From a virus: a stretch of DNA of 64,000 nt. Of this stretch, positions 55,567-63,764 are shown in pieces. The position numbers and the translations under genes were made by a program. The notes under the pieces are model-generated. The model was not told the DNA's origin, did not search any database, and was given only the letters and a program-made list of their open reading frames with translations. The DNA is taken from positions 32,001 to 96,000 of the IMG/VR virus record IMGVR_UViG_3300003890_000014; one strand, given 5' to 3'. The number at the start of each line of letters is the position of its first letter. The stretch's first letter is position 1.

Positions 55567-56262
55567 TTAAGCGGTAGTTCTAAAATTCATCATTGAGAAG
55601 CCTACGCCAGCAGGACCAGCTTGAAGTTGTTTAGCAAAAACACACAACTTCTTATTGGTAGCGCCTGGTCGATTCAAAGGCATACTAAACTCAACGTGAT
55701 CTGAGGGTCGAGCAGAGGAAGTAATTTGAGAATCTAGAATTTCTGTGATATCTGTTCGGGTTGGAATGGCGGCAGCTACGGCTAAAGCAAGTTGAAAAAT
55801 TACGTTCTTATCAGAACCATAACTCCACCCACCAATCTGCATATTACCTGATATGACTGCTTTATTTTGAAGTAGTACCCAAGTTCCAGAAATAAGAGCA
55901 ACTTCACCATTGGCTACGTTAGCTTTATCGGCTGCTTCAGATTGGTCTGTACCAGCATCAAAACTAACGATCAAGGAACCATCATCGGCTACATTGAGAA
56001 CTTGATAAGTACTTGTAGCGACGTTTTTACCCATCGCTAGGATACCACGATCACCCGCTCCTGAGTTTTGAATATCATCAACTCCAGAACCAACAGCGTC
56101 TCCATCTGCAAAATAAGAGAGAGCTTTATCATTACCATCGCCTAGGCGAGTGGCCAAACGGCCTTTCTCGTCAAGACGAAGTTCTCGAAGTTCTTTATCA
56201 GTGCTTAGGCTAGGGATAGCAGTGTTATACCTACCTACCAACAAACCAAAATCATCAGCCAT
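55567..56262 (-). CDS. Putative abundant virion protein
   Basis: AAGGAG RBS, own terminator, YNT..P.L...LRLD..GRL motif. Confidence 0.55.
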   Translation of the reverse strand: MADDFGLLVGRYNTAIPSLSTDKELRELRLDEKGRLATRLGDGNDKALSYFADGDAVGSGVDDIQNSGAGDRGILAMGKNVATSTYQVLNVADDGSLIVSFDAGTDQSEAADKANVANGEVALISGTWVLLQNKAVISGNMQIGGWSYGSDKNVIFQLALAVAAAIPTRTDITEILDSQITSSARPSDHVEFSMPLNRPGATNKKLCVFAKQLQAGPAGVGFSMMNFRTTA

Positions 56263-56312
56263 AAAATATGTCTCCTTAAGTTACCCAAATTAAAGGTTTT
56301 TTAAATCTTTAA

Positions 56313-56543
56313 CTACTCTATTTTATCATTAGAATCGATAAATTTACTATTTTCTTCATCGATAGCTTTATTTATGGATATAATTTCTGGTTCGGCTACT
56401 TCTTCCATAAACTTGCTCATCTTTTCTCTGAGTATACGGGCTTTTTCATGAATTTCTTTAATCTTTTCGCTGGGTTCATATTTTTCTAAAACTCCAACAA
56501 TTACTTGTACTTCCATTGTTTGTTTGTTCAATCTAATAAACAT
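56313..56543 (-). CDS. Small coiled-coil protein
   Basis: 76-aa ORF in the operon. Confidence 0.55.
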   Translation of the reverse strand: MFIRLNKQTMEVQVIVGVLEKYEPSEKIKEIHEKARILREKMSKFMEEVAEPEIISINKAIDEENSKFIDSNDKIE

Positions 56544-56551
56544 AATTCCCC

Positions 56552-57115
56552 CTAATTTTTAATATATCCTTCTAGTGATACAAATGAATCAAATGAGGCG
56601 TGTATAAATCTATCAACTTTTGCTTCTATAGATAAAACATCTCCAAGAGCGAGTCCTTTGTGCTCTTTAAATAAAAACTCTACATTTCTATCAATTGGAC
56701 TACTTCTAAGTTGTTTTTTCACCGTTCCGTTAATTTTAAGTTGAAATAGCGATGGCGTACTTACTGTGCAATTTAACGAAATAATTTTTGTTTTTGCGTC
56801 AGTTGATGTAAATGAAAATATTTCTTCAAAAACTGCAGATGTGATAGTGTCAGCAGCTTCTGCAAAAATTGGATTTAAATGATTACTGATTGATACATCG
56901 TCATTTTCAGAATCAAGTTCAACTGGAATTACTAAATTTTCAACATTAATTGTAGCGGTAACGGGGAGAGGATTATCACTATTGATAAAATCGCCAAGGG
57001 CATCGACGAGTAAAACTCGTCTTGCATCGGCTAAATCTTCGTGCTCGTGTTGCTCAATAGAGTTTCTAGATCTAACTTGATTCTTAGGTGTTGGTTTCCA
57101 GTTAGGATCTGACAT
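56552..57115 (-). CDS. Putative virion protein
   Basis: NSDNPLPV linker and beta-sandwich C-terminus. Confidence 0.55.
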   Translation of the reverse strand: MSDPNWKPTPKNQVRSRNSIEQHEHEDLADARRVLLVDALGDFINSDNPLPVTATINVENLVIPVELDSENDDVSISNHLNPIFAEAADTITSAVFEEIFSFTSTDAKTKIISLNCTVSTPSLFQLKINGTVKKQLRSSPIDRNVEFLFKEHKGLALGDVLSIEAKVDRFIHASFDSFVSLEGYIKN

Positions 57116-57132
57116 TAGTTATCCCATCATGC

Positions 57133-57169
57133 CTTAGTTATGAAGATGAAATTATCTTCATAACCTAAG
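57133..57169. repeat. Intergenic inverted repeat without a U tract
   Basis: GTTATGAAGAT-gaaatt-ATCTTCATAAC, flanked by CTTAG/CTAAG. Confidence 0.7.
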
Positions 57170-57172
57170 ATT

Positions 57173-57559
57173 CTAATTTTCCATTATTACAACTTGGACC
57201 CCTACAACATTGGTTTTTACGCCCATAGAAATCTTATCATCATCAGATGCTCCGCAATGAAAAACTTCTGAGGAATTTGGTGGCAAAGCTAAAGCATTTG
57301 CTGCCGAAAGAACTCCTGGGTCATCACTCATTTTTCCAGACCAAAAAAATGCTGTAGATCCAGTAGTATTTACTACTCGAACAACTGCAAAATTACTTAC
57401 TGGGGTTAGAGTCGTAGAAGTTGCAATAACACTTTTAATTGTTGCTGGACTTCCATTAATACTTTTTTCTGAACCTGATGGATCATGATGTTGAGCATTT
57501 GCAATAGAGCCTGGGCTTCTCGCATGATTATTTAGACCAATTTTTGGGTTGTGCGACAT
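57173..57559 (-). CDS. Putative virion decoration protein
   Basis: GAGGAG RBS; VRVVN.T...LPPNSSEVF. Confidence 0.55.
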   Translation of the reverse strand: MSHNPKIGLNNHARSPGSIANAQHHDPSGSEKSINGSPATIKSVIATSTTLTPVSNFAVVRVVNTTGSTAFFWSGKMSDDPGVLSAANALALPPNSSEVFHCGASDDDKISMGVKTNVVGVQVVIMEN

Positions 57560-57571
57560 TTCATACTCCTC

Positions 57572-57898
57572 TTAATTTTCCTCGGTTTCACCGTGGTATT
57601 TATCATCGTGCTTTCTTCCCTCTTCGTGATTAATTTTATCAACTTTTCTTTTAAGTTTTTCAATTTCATTTCGAAAGAAGAATAACAAATCTCTGTATCT
57701 TTTTTCATTGGATCTAACAAAATCCAATTCCAAATCTTTCCCTACGCCAAGTCTGTCTTCGAAAACAAAAGAAACCACTGGTTTATCGTTTTTTCCGATA
57801 CCCAATTCAGATCTGATATATTTTAACCCGTTCATTTCTAAGAATGGACACAAGGCTAAACTATCAGTGCGGAATTCTTTGGACTTTTCATTAGACAT
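57572..57898 (-). CDS. DUF5659-like small protein
   Basis: TDSLAL..FL..NG...VSFVFE. Confidence 0.5.
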   Translation of the reverse strand: MSNEKSKEFRTDSLALCPFLEMNGLKYIRSELGIGKNDKPVVSFVFEDRLGVGKDLELDFVRSNEKRYRDLLFFFRNEIEKLKRKVDKINHEEGRKHDDKYHGETEEN

Positions 57899-57919
57899 CT
57901 ATCTGTAACTCCAAGGTCC

Positions 57920-57939
57920 AGTATAGCACTATTTTAACA
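57920..57939 (-). promoter_or_regulatory. Two tandem candidate extended -10 promoters
   Basis: TGTTAAAAT and TGCTATACT. Confidence 0.5.
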
Positions 57940-57945
57940 CGAAAA

Positions 57946-58593
57946 TCAAGTCTTGTGTCTCCAAGATTCGTTGGAGTGGGTTCCATCAAAGGAGTTGTTC
58001 TTTTGTTTGTTCTCTGTGTCCGTCAAATACTGAAGATTGTCTAAAGTATGTAACCCGCACACGTTTTCGTTGATTAGGGGGATTATATGGTTTATAGTGT
58101 GTCCTTCGGGGCAGGCTTGGTAAAAGGCTTTGATACCGTCTAGGTCTGCCCACCGAGGGGTGGCATTTTCTCGTTGGAACCTGCGTTTGGCAGACTGTGC
58201 TCTAGCTGCTAACTTTACCTCTGGTTTTGCTCCTCTAATTTTGGCATATTCGGATATCTTTTCTTTGTTAAGTTCGTAATATTTATCATGATATTCTTTC
58301 ATGTATTTATCGTATTTTTCTCGATTAGATTCTACCCATTTCTTATGTCTGGTGTTATATAACTTTTTGTTTTCTTGGTAATCTTTAGCATTCCACTCCT
58401 TTTTGCGTTGAATTACTTTGGGAGAAGACCAATACTCTTTTAATTGATCTTTTTTTCGAATTCTATATTCCTTCATCCTAATTCTTTTACAAAACTTACA
58501 CTCTTTTGAATATCCATTTGCGGTTTGAGGATGTTTGCAAAATTCTACTAATTCATACTCTTTTTTACATACTAAACAAGATTGTTTTTCCAT
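57946..58593 (-). CDS. HNH homing endonuclease
   Basis: CLVC...CKFC; ATPRWAD...INHIIPL...GLH...NLQYL...N..K.N. Confidence 0.85.
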   Translation of the reverse strand: MEKQSCLVCKKEYELVEFCKHPQTANGYSKECKFCKRIRMKEYRIRKKDQLKEYWSSPKVIQRKKEWNAKDYQENKKLYNTRHKKWVESNREKYDKYMKEYHDKYYELNKEKISEYAKIRGAKPEVKLAARAQSAKRRFQRENATPRWADLDGIKAFYQACPEGHTINHIIPLINENVCGLHTLDNLQYLTDTENKQKNNSFDGTHSNESWRHKT

Positions 58594-58599
58594 AAGTTA

Positions 58600-58629
58600 A
58601 CTATAGTATATTGGACGAGCGTAAGTCAA
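58600..58629 (-). promoter_or_regulatory. Sigma70 promoter for the HNH gene
   Basis: TTGACT-18 nt-TATAGT, 6 nt before ATG. Confidence 0.55.
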
Positions 58630-58632
58630 CTT

Positions 58633-58670
58633 AAAAAAGAACCCCTAGAAGATTTCTCCGCTAGGGGTTC
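58633..58670 (-). terminator. Intrinsic terminator after the major capsid gene
   Basis: GAACCCCTAG...CTAGGGGTTC followed by TTTTTT. Confidence 0.85.
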
Positions 58671-58697
58671 AAATTACTTAATTATATCAGTAACTTA

Positions 58698-60149
58698 CTA
58701 GGCCCTGCCAATGTTTTCGAACAAGAGGTTCTTGCGGGGAGCGAAAACGATTGGAGTTCCGTAGAGCAATTGCATCCAACGGTAAGACGTTGCAATGATT
58801 GCTAGGTCCATTTTCATCAATGGAGCAAGTTGCTTGAATCGAAGCACTTCTGCTTCGTTACTGAGCAAGTATGCTTGAGAGAGACCTGGGAGCTTATGGT
58901 TAAGATCCTTAAAGGTCGCACCAGCGCCTACAGAAGCAGGAGCTACCATACCGATAAATTCATGACCACTTGCGCTATCAGAACGATAGACAGCATAAGC
59001 AACTGCGTTAGCAGTAGCTGGGATGATGATTTCAACACGGTCGCCAGCGACCACAGCTTGAGATGCGTCAGCAGACAATGGGCCTTCACCAGCTTCACTG
59101 ATAGCAGACACTTTATAGTGTTTGGTTCCAGCATCAGCAGCTGCAAATTTAGAATCTGGGTCAGCAGCTACAGCAGAAGGTGTCAATGCGCCTGGAGCAG
59201 CAGGAGAACCAGAAACTGGATCAGCAGAGGTTCGTTTTGGGCGAAGGAAAACATCGCTAACAAGAGCGTATTCGCCAGCAGAACTTACGAAGCTCTGAAG
59301 AACGAAACCAGCTTTACCATTAGCAACACCCATTGGGTTAACTCGCTCTTTAGGATAGAATTGACGAGCCAAATCCGAATGAGCTTTAGTGTCGAGCATA
59401 AGAACAGAAGGCATACCGAAGTTTTCAACAACAATACGTCCACCATCTTCAAGAGCATCTTCATCAAGAATAGCTCCTCTCATATCTTTAATCACAGATT
59501 CTTCAACGCCGTATCCAGTGAAAGCCTTAGCTTTAGCGGAAGCATCGGCATTACCCTTACGGATTTGCTTATCGAGTCCATCCCAAGCAAGGTCAGCTTC
59601 TGGAAGAAGAGCTGCATCAGCTCCATCAAATTTACCATTGTTAGAATAATGACCATGGCCATCGAAAAGATTTCGTTCAACGATTTCAAGAATACGCATT
59701 GTTCCGTTTTTAATCTCACGAGCGATAGCATCGCCATGAGCATTTCGGACCAACGTATAAACGTGAGTCAATTCACGAGTCACGCCGATAAAGCGCACTC
59801 TTTGAATTTGACGTGAATAGTTAGCATCTTCCGATCGAGGAAGAGCGCCTTCACGAATAAACCCACGACCTTGATCACCGTAACGGTCAAGTCGATTGTA
59901 TTCTTCAATCGTGTTGAATGCTTGATCTTTCGAAAGCATTGGCCACAATTTAATATTTTTCATTTCATAGGTCACAGACTTCAGAGAAGCATCAAGGCTT
60001 TCTACCTGTAATGCGCCACCACCCGAAAGGGTAGTAGGAGCGCCAGCATAGCCAGCTCCTGCTTCTAGGGCTTTATTAAGTTCCTCCACTTCTTTAGCGG
60101 AAGTAATCCCAGCGCCCTCGCCGAAATTAACAAAATTATACGTAGACAT
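58698..60149 (-). CDS. Major capsid protein (SPO1/Twort-like)
   Basis: KAL.AG.G...GGALQVESLD, EEYN, FIREG, E..LF.G, DGL; FN3-like insert YKVSA...GE; QLAPLMKMDLA...LYG. Confidence 0.93.
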   Translation of the reverse strand: MSTYNFVNFGEGAGITSAKEVEELNKALEAGAGYAGAPTTLSGGGALQVESLDASLKSVTYEMKNIKLWPMLSKDQAFNTIEEYNRLDRYGDQGRGFIREGALPRSEDANYSRQIQRVRFIGVTRELTHVYTLVRNAHGDAIAREIKNGTMRILEIVERNLFDGHGHYSNNGKFDGADAALLPEADLAWDGLDKQIRKGNADASAKAKAFTGYGVEESVIKDMRGAILDEDALEDGGRIVVENFGMPSVLMLDTKAHSDLARQFYPKERVNPMGVANGKAGFVLQSFVSSAGEYALVSDVFLRPKRTSADPVSGSPAAPGALTPSAVAADPDSKFAAADAGTKHYKVSAISEAGEGPLSADASQAVVAGDRVEIIIPATANAVAYAVYRSDSASGHEFIGMVAPASVGAGATFKDLNHKLPGLSQAYLLSNEAEVLRFKQLAPLMKMDLAIIATSYRWMQLLYGTPIVFAPRKNLLFENIGRA

Positions 60150-60160
60150 TCATGTACTCC

Positions 60161-61030
60161 TTATTTAAGTTTCAGTTCGTTAAACAACATATCTCTTACC
60201 ACTTTGTCTGAAATATTACCTGTAGCTTCAAACTCAGCGATATTATGAGATGTTACTCCTTTTCCTGCTAACTGGAGGTCAAGCATCTTAGCAGCTACTT
60301 GAGACTTCGTAAGTTCTTGGTATTGGGAATCTCCAGACTTTTCAAGTGGTTCAAGATTAGCAATCGAACGCCTGTCGTATGCGGGTTGGGAAGCCATTTT
60401 TTCAACCTTATCGGTCAAACTTTTAATTAATTCGTCTTTTTCTTCAAGAGCTTTTTTAAGAGGTGCGATAGAATCTTCCATAACTTTGGAAAGAGTCTTT
60501 GCAAGATCTTCTTCTTTATGATCTTTCTTTTCTTCTACAGCGGGGTCTGCTTTAGCAACAGTTTCTTCTTTTTCAGATTCTTCACGCCATGCTTTAATCA
60601 ATTCAATTTCATCTTCATCAAGATGAGCAGAAAGTTCTTCGATGGACTTCTTCATTTTCTTTTTATCCTTCTTCTCTTTCTTTTCTTCTTTATCTTCGTC
60701 TGCGTCATCATCGCAATCTTCAGCTTTTGCGACTTCTTCAGTCTTAGGTGTTTCATCAGACTTTTTCATCTTGTCTTTCTTTTCTTTTTCATCATCCTTG
60801 TCGTCTTCATCTTCATCATCTTCTTTCTTAGCTTTTTTAGCTTCAGAAGCTTGCTGTTCTTCTTGATGAGGCGAACCGGATTTAATTTCATCTTTTCCAC
60901 CATTCACTGCAAGTTTAGTAGGCATTGCTTTAATAACTTCTTCAGTTTTAGTGGCGGGTGCTGCAGCTTCGGGTTTCATGATATCATCGACTAATTTCTC
61001 AATCGACTTTTTAATTTCTTGTTCAGTCAC
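60161..61030 (-). CDS. Scaffolding protein
   Basis: Acidic/Lys low-complexity region and coiled coil, between protease and capsid. Confidence 0.72.
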   Translation of the reverse strand: MTEQEIKKSIEKLVDDIMKPEAAAPATKTEEVIKAMPTKLAVNGGKDEIKSGSPHQEEQQASEAKKAKKEDDEDEDDKDDEKEKKDKMKKSDETPKTEEVAKAEDCDDDADEDKEEKKEKKDKKKMKKSIEELSAHLDEDEIELIKAWREESEKEETVAKADPAVEEKKDHKEEDLAKTLSKVMEDSIAPLKKALEEKDELIKSLTDKVEKMASQPAYDRRSIANLEPLEKSGDSQYQELTKSQVAAKMLDLQLAGKGVTSHNIAEFEATGNISDKVVRDMLFNELKLK

Positions 61031-61051
61031 AGTTAATCTCCTTTTGATCTT

Positions 61052-61897
61052 TTAATTATCAATCTTATCCACAAAAGTTTCAAGCACCCATTCTGCGAGC
61101 TTTAGGGGGTCTTCAGAAGGATATGCCTCTTTAATGCTTTTCAATAATGATTTTACCATCTTTTTCTTTTCTTTTTTACTCTTTCCGTCATAAGTCATAC
61201 TCTTAGGTTGCTTTTCAAGACTTTCCTTAGACATTGCTTCACCACCTGAGCGGGAGGTCGGAGCACTTGCATAACCTATTCCAGCGGCTAAAGCTTTCTG
61301 AGCAAACTCTACCAGCTTCTCTAATTCTGCTTTTTTGATAGAAATAAATTCTTCACTAGGGGATTCAATGGTTTCTGAACTATCTGGAATTTCTGGTGAA
61401 TTCAAAGATTTAACTAACTCTGCGTAAGTATAAGGATTTACTGGATCTAAAGTAAGAGCCACCTTATCAATACGAGCTTTTTTAATAGTTTTAGAGTCAG
61501 TAAAATCACGTTGTAAGATTTTACCTTCTACTGACATATGAACTCTAGGTCCATTACCTTTTTTCAATGATCTCAATATATTAAAGAATGCTTTTGATCG
61601 CTCTTGATGTTTAAAAAGATATCCTTTAACCATTAAACACTTCTTACCGTCTATATCTTTAAACTCTGCGTCTTCAATTTGACCAAGTACGTTTTCAGGG
61701 CCTTTGGCGTGATCCCAATTAAAAAGACCTCTACCAGCCTTTAATACCGAAATATCTAGACCATTTTGGTCAATTGTTTCACCTTGGAGATCTTCATCAG
61801 GAGTAGATGCAATTCCTTGTATTTTCCACTCTTCGTCTCCATTTTCTGCTTTGACAAGTTCTACTGGAACATAAAACTTAAAATCTTTATCTTTCAT
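61052..61897 (-). CDS. Prohead protease
   Basis: IQGIAST...DLQGE...FNWDH...MSVEG...VALT..PVN. Confidence 0.9.
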   Translation of the reverse strand: MKDKDFKFYVPVELVKAENGDEEWKIQGIASTPDEDLQGETIDQNGLDISVLKAGRGLFNWDHAKGPENVLGQIEDAEFKDIDGKKCLMVKGYLFKHQERSKAFFNILRSLKKGNGPRVHMSVEGKILQRDFTDSKTIKKARIDKVALTLDPVNPYTYAELVKSLNSPEIPDSSETIESPSEEFISIKKAELEKLVEFAQKALAAGIGYASAPTSRSGGEAMSKESLEKQPKSMTYDGKSKKEKKKMVKSLLKSIKEAYPSEDPLKLAEWVLETFVDKIDN

Positions 61898-61958
61898 CTA
61901 AAGATCCCCTATAATAAACTCGTTAAGTCTATTATATACCATACCCAGTGTTTTTTAT

Positions 61959-62234
61959 TTATTTTTTGACTCCCAACACTAGAAGTCGTTTTTTAATCTT
62001 TTTGAGGGCATTCTGCTCAATAGTCGTTATAGCAGATATAGACAATCTCAGTAATTTCGCTATTTCCGATAATGTATGAGATCTATTGTTATGACGAAAA
62101 TATACCCAGAAACAATTCGAATATTTTGGAGAATTTACCCACCATTCGTTATCTTTGGATAATCTTCCTAAAAATTCCCCTTGTACTTCATGATGCTTAC
62201 ATTTACAATCTCTAAAGTGAGGATACTTTCTCAT
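61959..62234 (-). CDS. Stand-alone sigma70 region-4-like HTH protein
   Basis: TLSEIAKLL.LS...I..IEQNALKKIK; N-terminal Cys/His residues; start ATG 62234 or TTG 62273. Confidence 0.72.
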   Translation of the reverse strand: MRKYPHFRDCKCKHHEVQGEFLGRLSKDNEWWVNSPKYSNCFWVYFRHNNRSHTLSEIAKLLRLSISAITTIEQNALKKIKKRLLVLGVKK

Positions 62235-62319
62235 ACTTATTCCCAAACTATCATTTTCACAATTAAAAAGCAACTACCGTGCCATTAATTGTCGTTCTAG
62301 TATGTAAAAATTTTGGGTA

Positions 62320-62348
62320 TTGACTTTTTCATTTTTATGTGATAAAAT
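62320..62348 (+). promoter_or_regulatory. Sigma70 promoter
   Basis: TTGACT-17 nt-TAAAAT with extended TG. Confidence 0.75.
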
Positions 62349-62528
62349 TTAGTCTATAAGAGCTTGTGAGCGACTTTAAGTCGCTTTGATAGCACAACTT
62401 AGAATATATCAGACGGGTATAAGTGTATCAAGAGGTTCCCTCTTTCCCAATCAACTCATTTTTTTTTAATGCTAAAAAAGGCTTACTATAGTAAGCATTT
62501 TTCCGTTTTTTTTTCAAAAAGAATATCC

Positions 62529-62557
62529 TTGACGTTGACCCTTTATTTTGATAATGT
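62529..62557 (+). promoter_or_regulatory. Sigma70 promoter
   Basis: TTGACG-17 nt-TAATGT with extended TG. Confidence 0.6.
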
Positions 62558-62606
62558 ATTAAACATAAGAGACCTTCTAAAATGGAAGGGCCACTCTCCT
62601 TCACTA

Positions 62607-62646
62607 GGGGGTTGGGTTATTGGTTATCCCAGCCCCCGTTTTTTTA
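62607..62646 (+). terminator. Intrinsic terminator in the leader of the aminotransferase operon
   Basis: GGGGGTTGGG...CCCAGCCCCC followed by G and a T run, 10 nt before ATG 62657. Confidence 0.78.
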
Positions 62647-62656
62647 AAGGATTAAT

Positions 62657-62908
62657 ATGAAAGTAATAAACTACAGACAATTAATCATAAATCTAGAAGA
62701 TGAAAAATGGCGGATACTTTTAGTTGAAGGGGAAGAGGCAGCTAAAGTAAAATGGGAAGAAATCGATAAAAAAATTAAAAGACTTTGGAAGTGGAGTTCT
62801 CAAGAACCTTCTACTTTCTTTAGGCCCATACTTCGCTTAATTACAACTAAACAAAATTTAAGGGTGATAAAGAATGAAAGTTTGGAGCCAAGGCAAGATC
62901 CTAAATAA
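62657..62908 (+). CDS. Hypothetical protein
   Basis: AAGGGA RBS; overlaps the next gene. Confidence 0.6.
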   Translation: MKVINYRQLIINLEDEKWRILLVEGEEAAKVKWEEIDKKIKRLWKWSSQEPSTFFRPILRLITTKQNLRVIKNESLEPRQDPK

Positions 62909-63764
62909 TAAAGCTCCTATTGATAGCTTTAACTATGCAATGCATTATGCTTGTCCAGTTGTTTGGGAAGGTATTCGTTCGTATAAGCAAGATGATGATA
63001 CTACCAAAATTTGGAAACTTAAAGATCATATAGATCGTCTTTTTGATTCAGCTAAAGTTTTAGATATTAAAATCCCATACTCCAAAGCTGAAGTAGAACA
63101 AGCTTGTGAAAATATTGTACAAGCTTCAGGAGGGGGAGATCTTTATCTTAGACCCATTGTTTATCCAAATAAAGACGCCGAGTCTATTAAACCATCTATA
63201 GATGAAATAAGACTTGATATATATTGTTGTCCAGTACCCCCATTTCATCCTTCTAAAGAAAATGGCATTAAAGCTAAAATTTCTTCTTTAGTACGAAGTT
63301 ACCCACAATATAATATGCAGGCAAAAACAGCAGCAAATTACAATTTTATTCAGCTCGCAAGACAAGAACTCCAGAATGGGGTAGAAGATGTGTTTCTGTT
63401 AGATGCTCAAGGATATATAGTAGAGGCGATAGTAGCCAATATTTTTCTAGTTAAAGGAGACGTGATTATGACCCCTCCAAATGCAGGAAGTATTCTTCCT
63501 GGAATTACTCGTAGATATATAGCTGAGATTTTGCAAGACGCATCTAAAATGTTTTCTAAGTATAAAAAGGTGCCACTAGTAGTAGAAAAAAATATCACTA
63601 GAGCCGATGTTTATACAGCTGATGAGATTTTTCTTACTGGAACTTATGCAGAAATAGTTCCTGTAATTGAAGTTGATTCTAGAATTATTGGAGAAGGAAA
63701 GCCAGGATTTTATACTAAACTTCTGAAATATGAATATTTAAAAGCAGTAAAGGGACAAAAATGA
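62874..63764 (+). CDS. ilvE: Branched-chain amino acid aminotransferase-like enzyme (PLP fold IV)
   Basis: HY...EGIRSY, HIDRL..SA, YLRP, AKTAANY (PLP lysine), E...ANIF, ILPGITR, ADEIFLTGT.AE. Confidence 0.88.
   Translation: MKVWSQGKILNNKAPIDSFNYAMHYACPVVWEGIRSYKQDDDTTKIWKLKDHIDRLFDSAKVLDIKIPYSKAEVEQACENIVQASGGGDLYLRPIVYPNKDAESIKPSIDEIRLDIYCCPVPPFHPSKENGIKAKISSLVRSYPQYNMQAKTAANYNFIQLARQELQNGVEDVFLLDAQGYIVEAIVANIFLVKGDVIMTPPNAGSILPGITRRYIAEILQDASKMFSKYKKVPLVVEKNITRADVYTADEIFLTGTYAEIVPVIEVDSRIIGEGKPGFYTKLLKYEYLKAVKGQK

Noticed and set aside
58830-59816. 328-aa plus-strand ORF antisense to the capsid gene
   Set aside because: Ser-rich with no motifs or RBS; explained by the strong codon bias of the capsid gene.
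60518-60994. Phe-rich plus-strand ORFs that look like membrane proteins
   Set aside because: Antisense shadow of the Lys/Glu/Asp-rich scaffold gene.
62469-62660. 63-aa ORF upstream of the aminotransferase operon
   Set aside because: No RBS; it runs through a promoter and a terminator, so the region is better read as non-coding.
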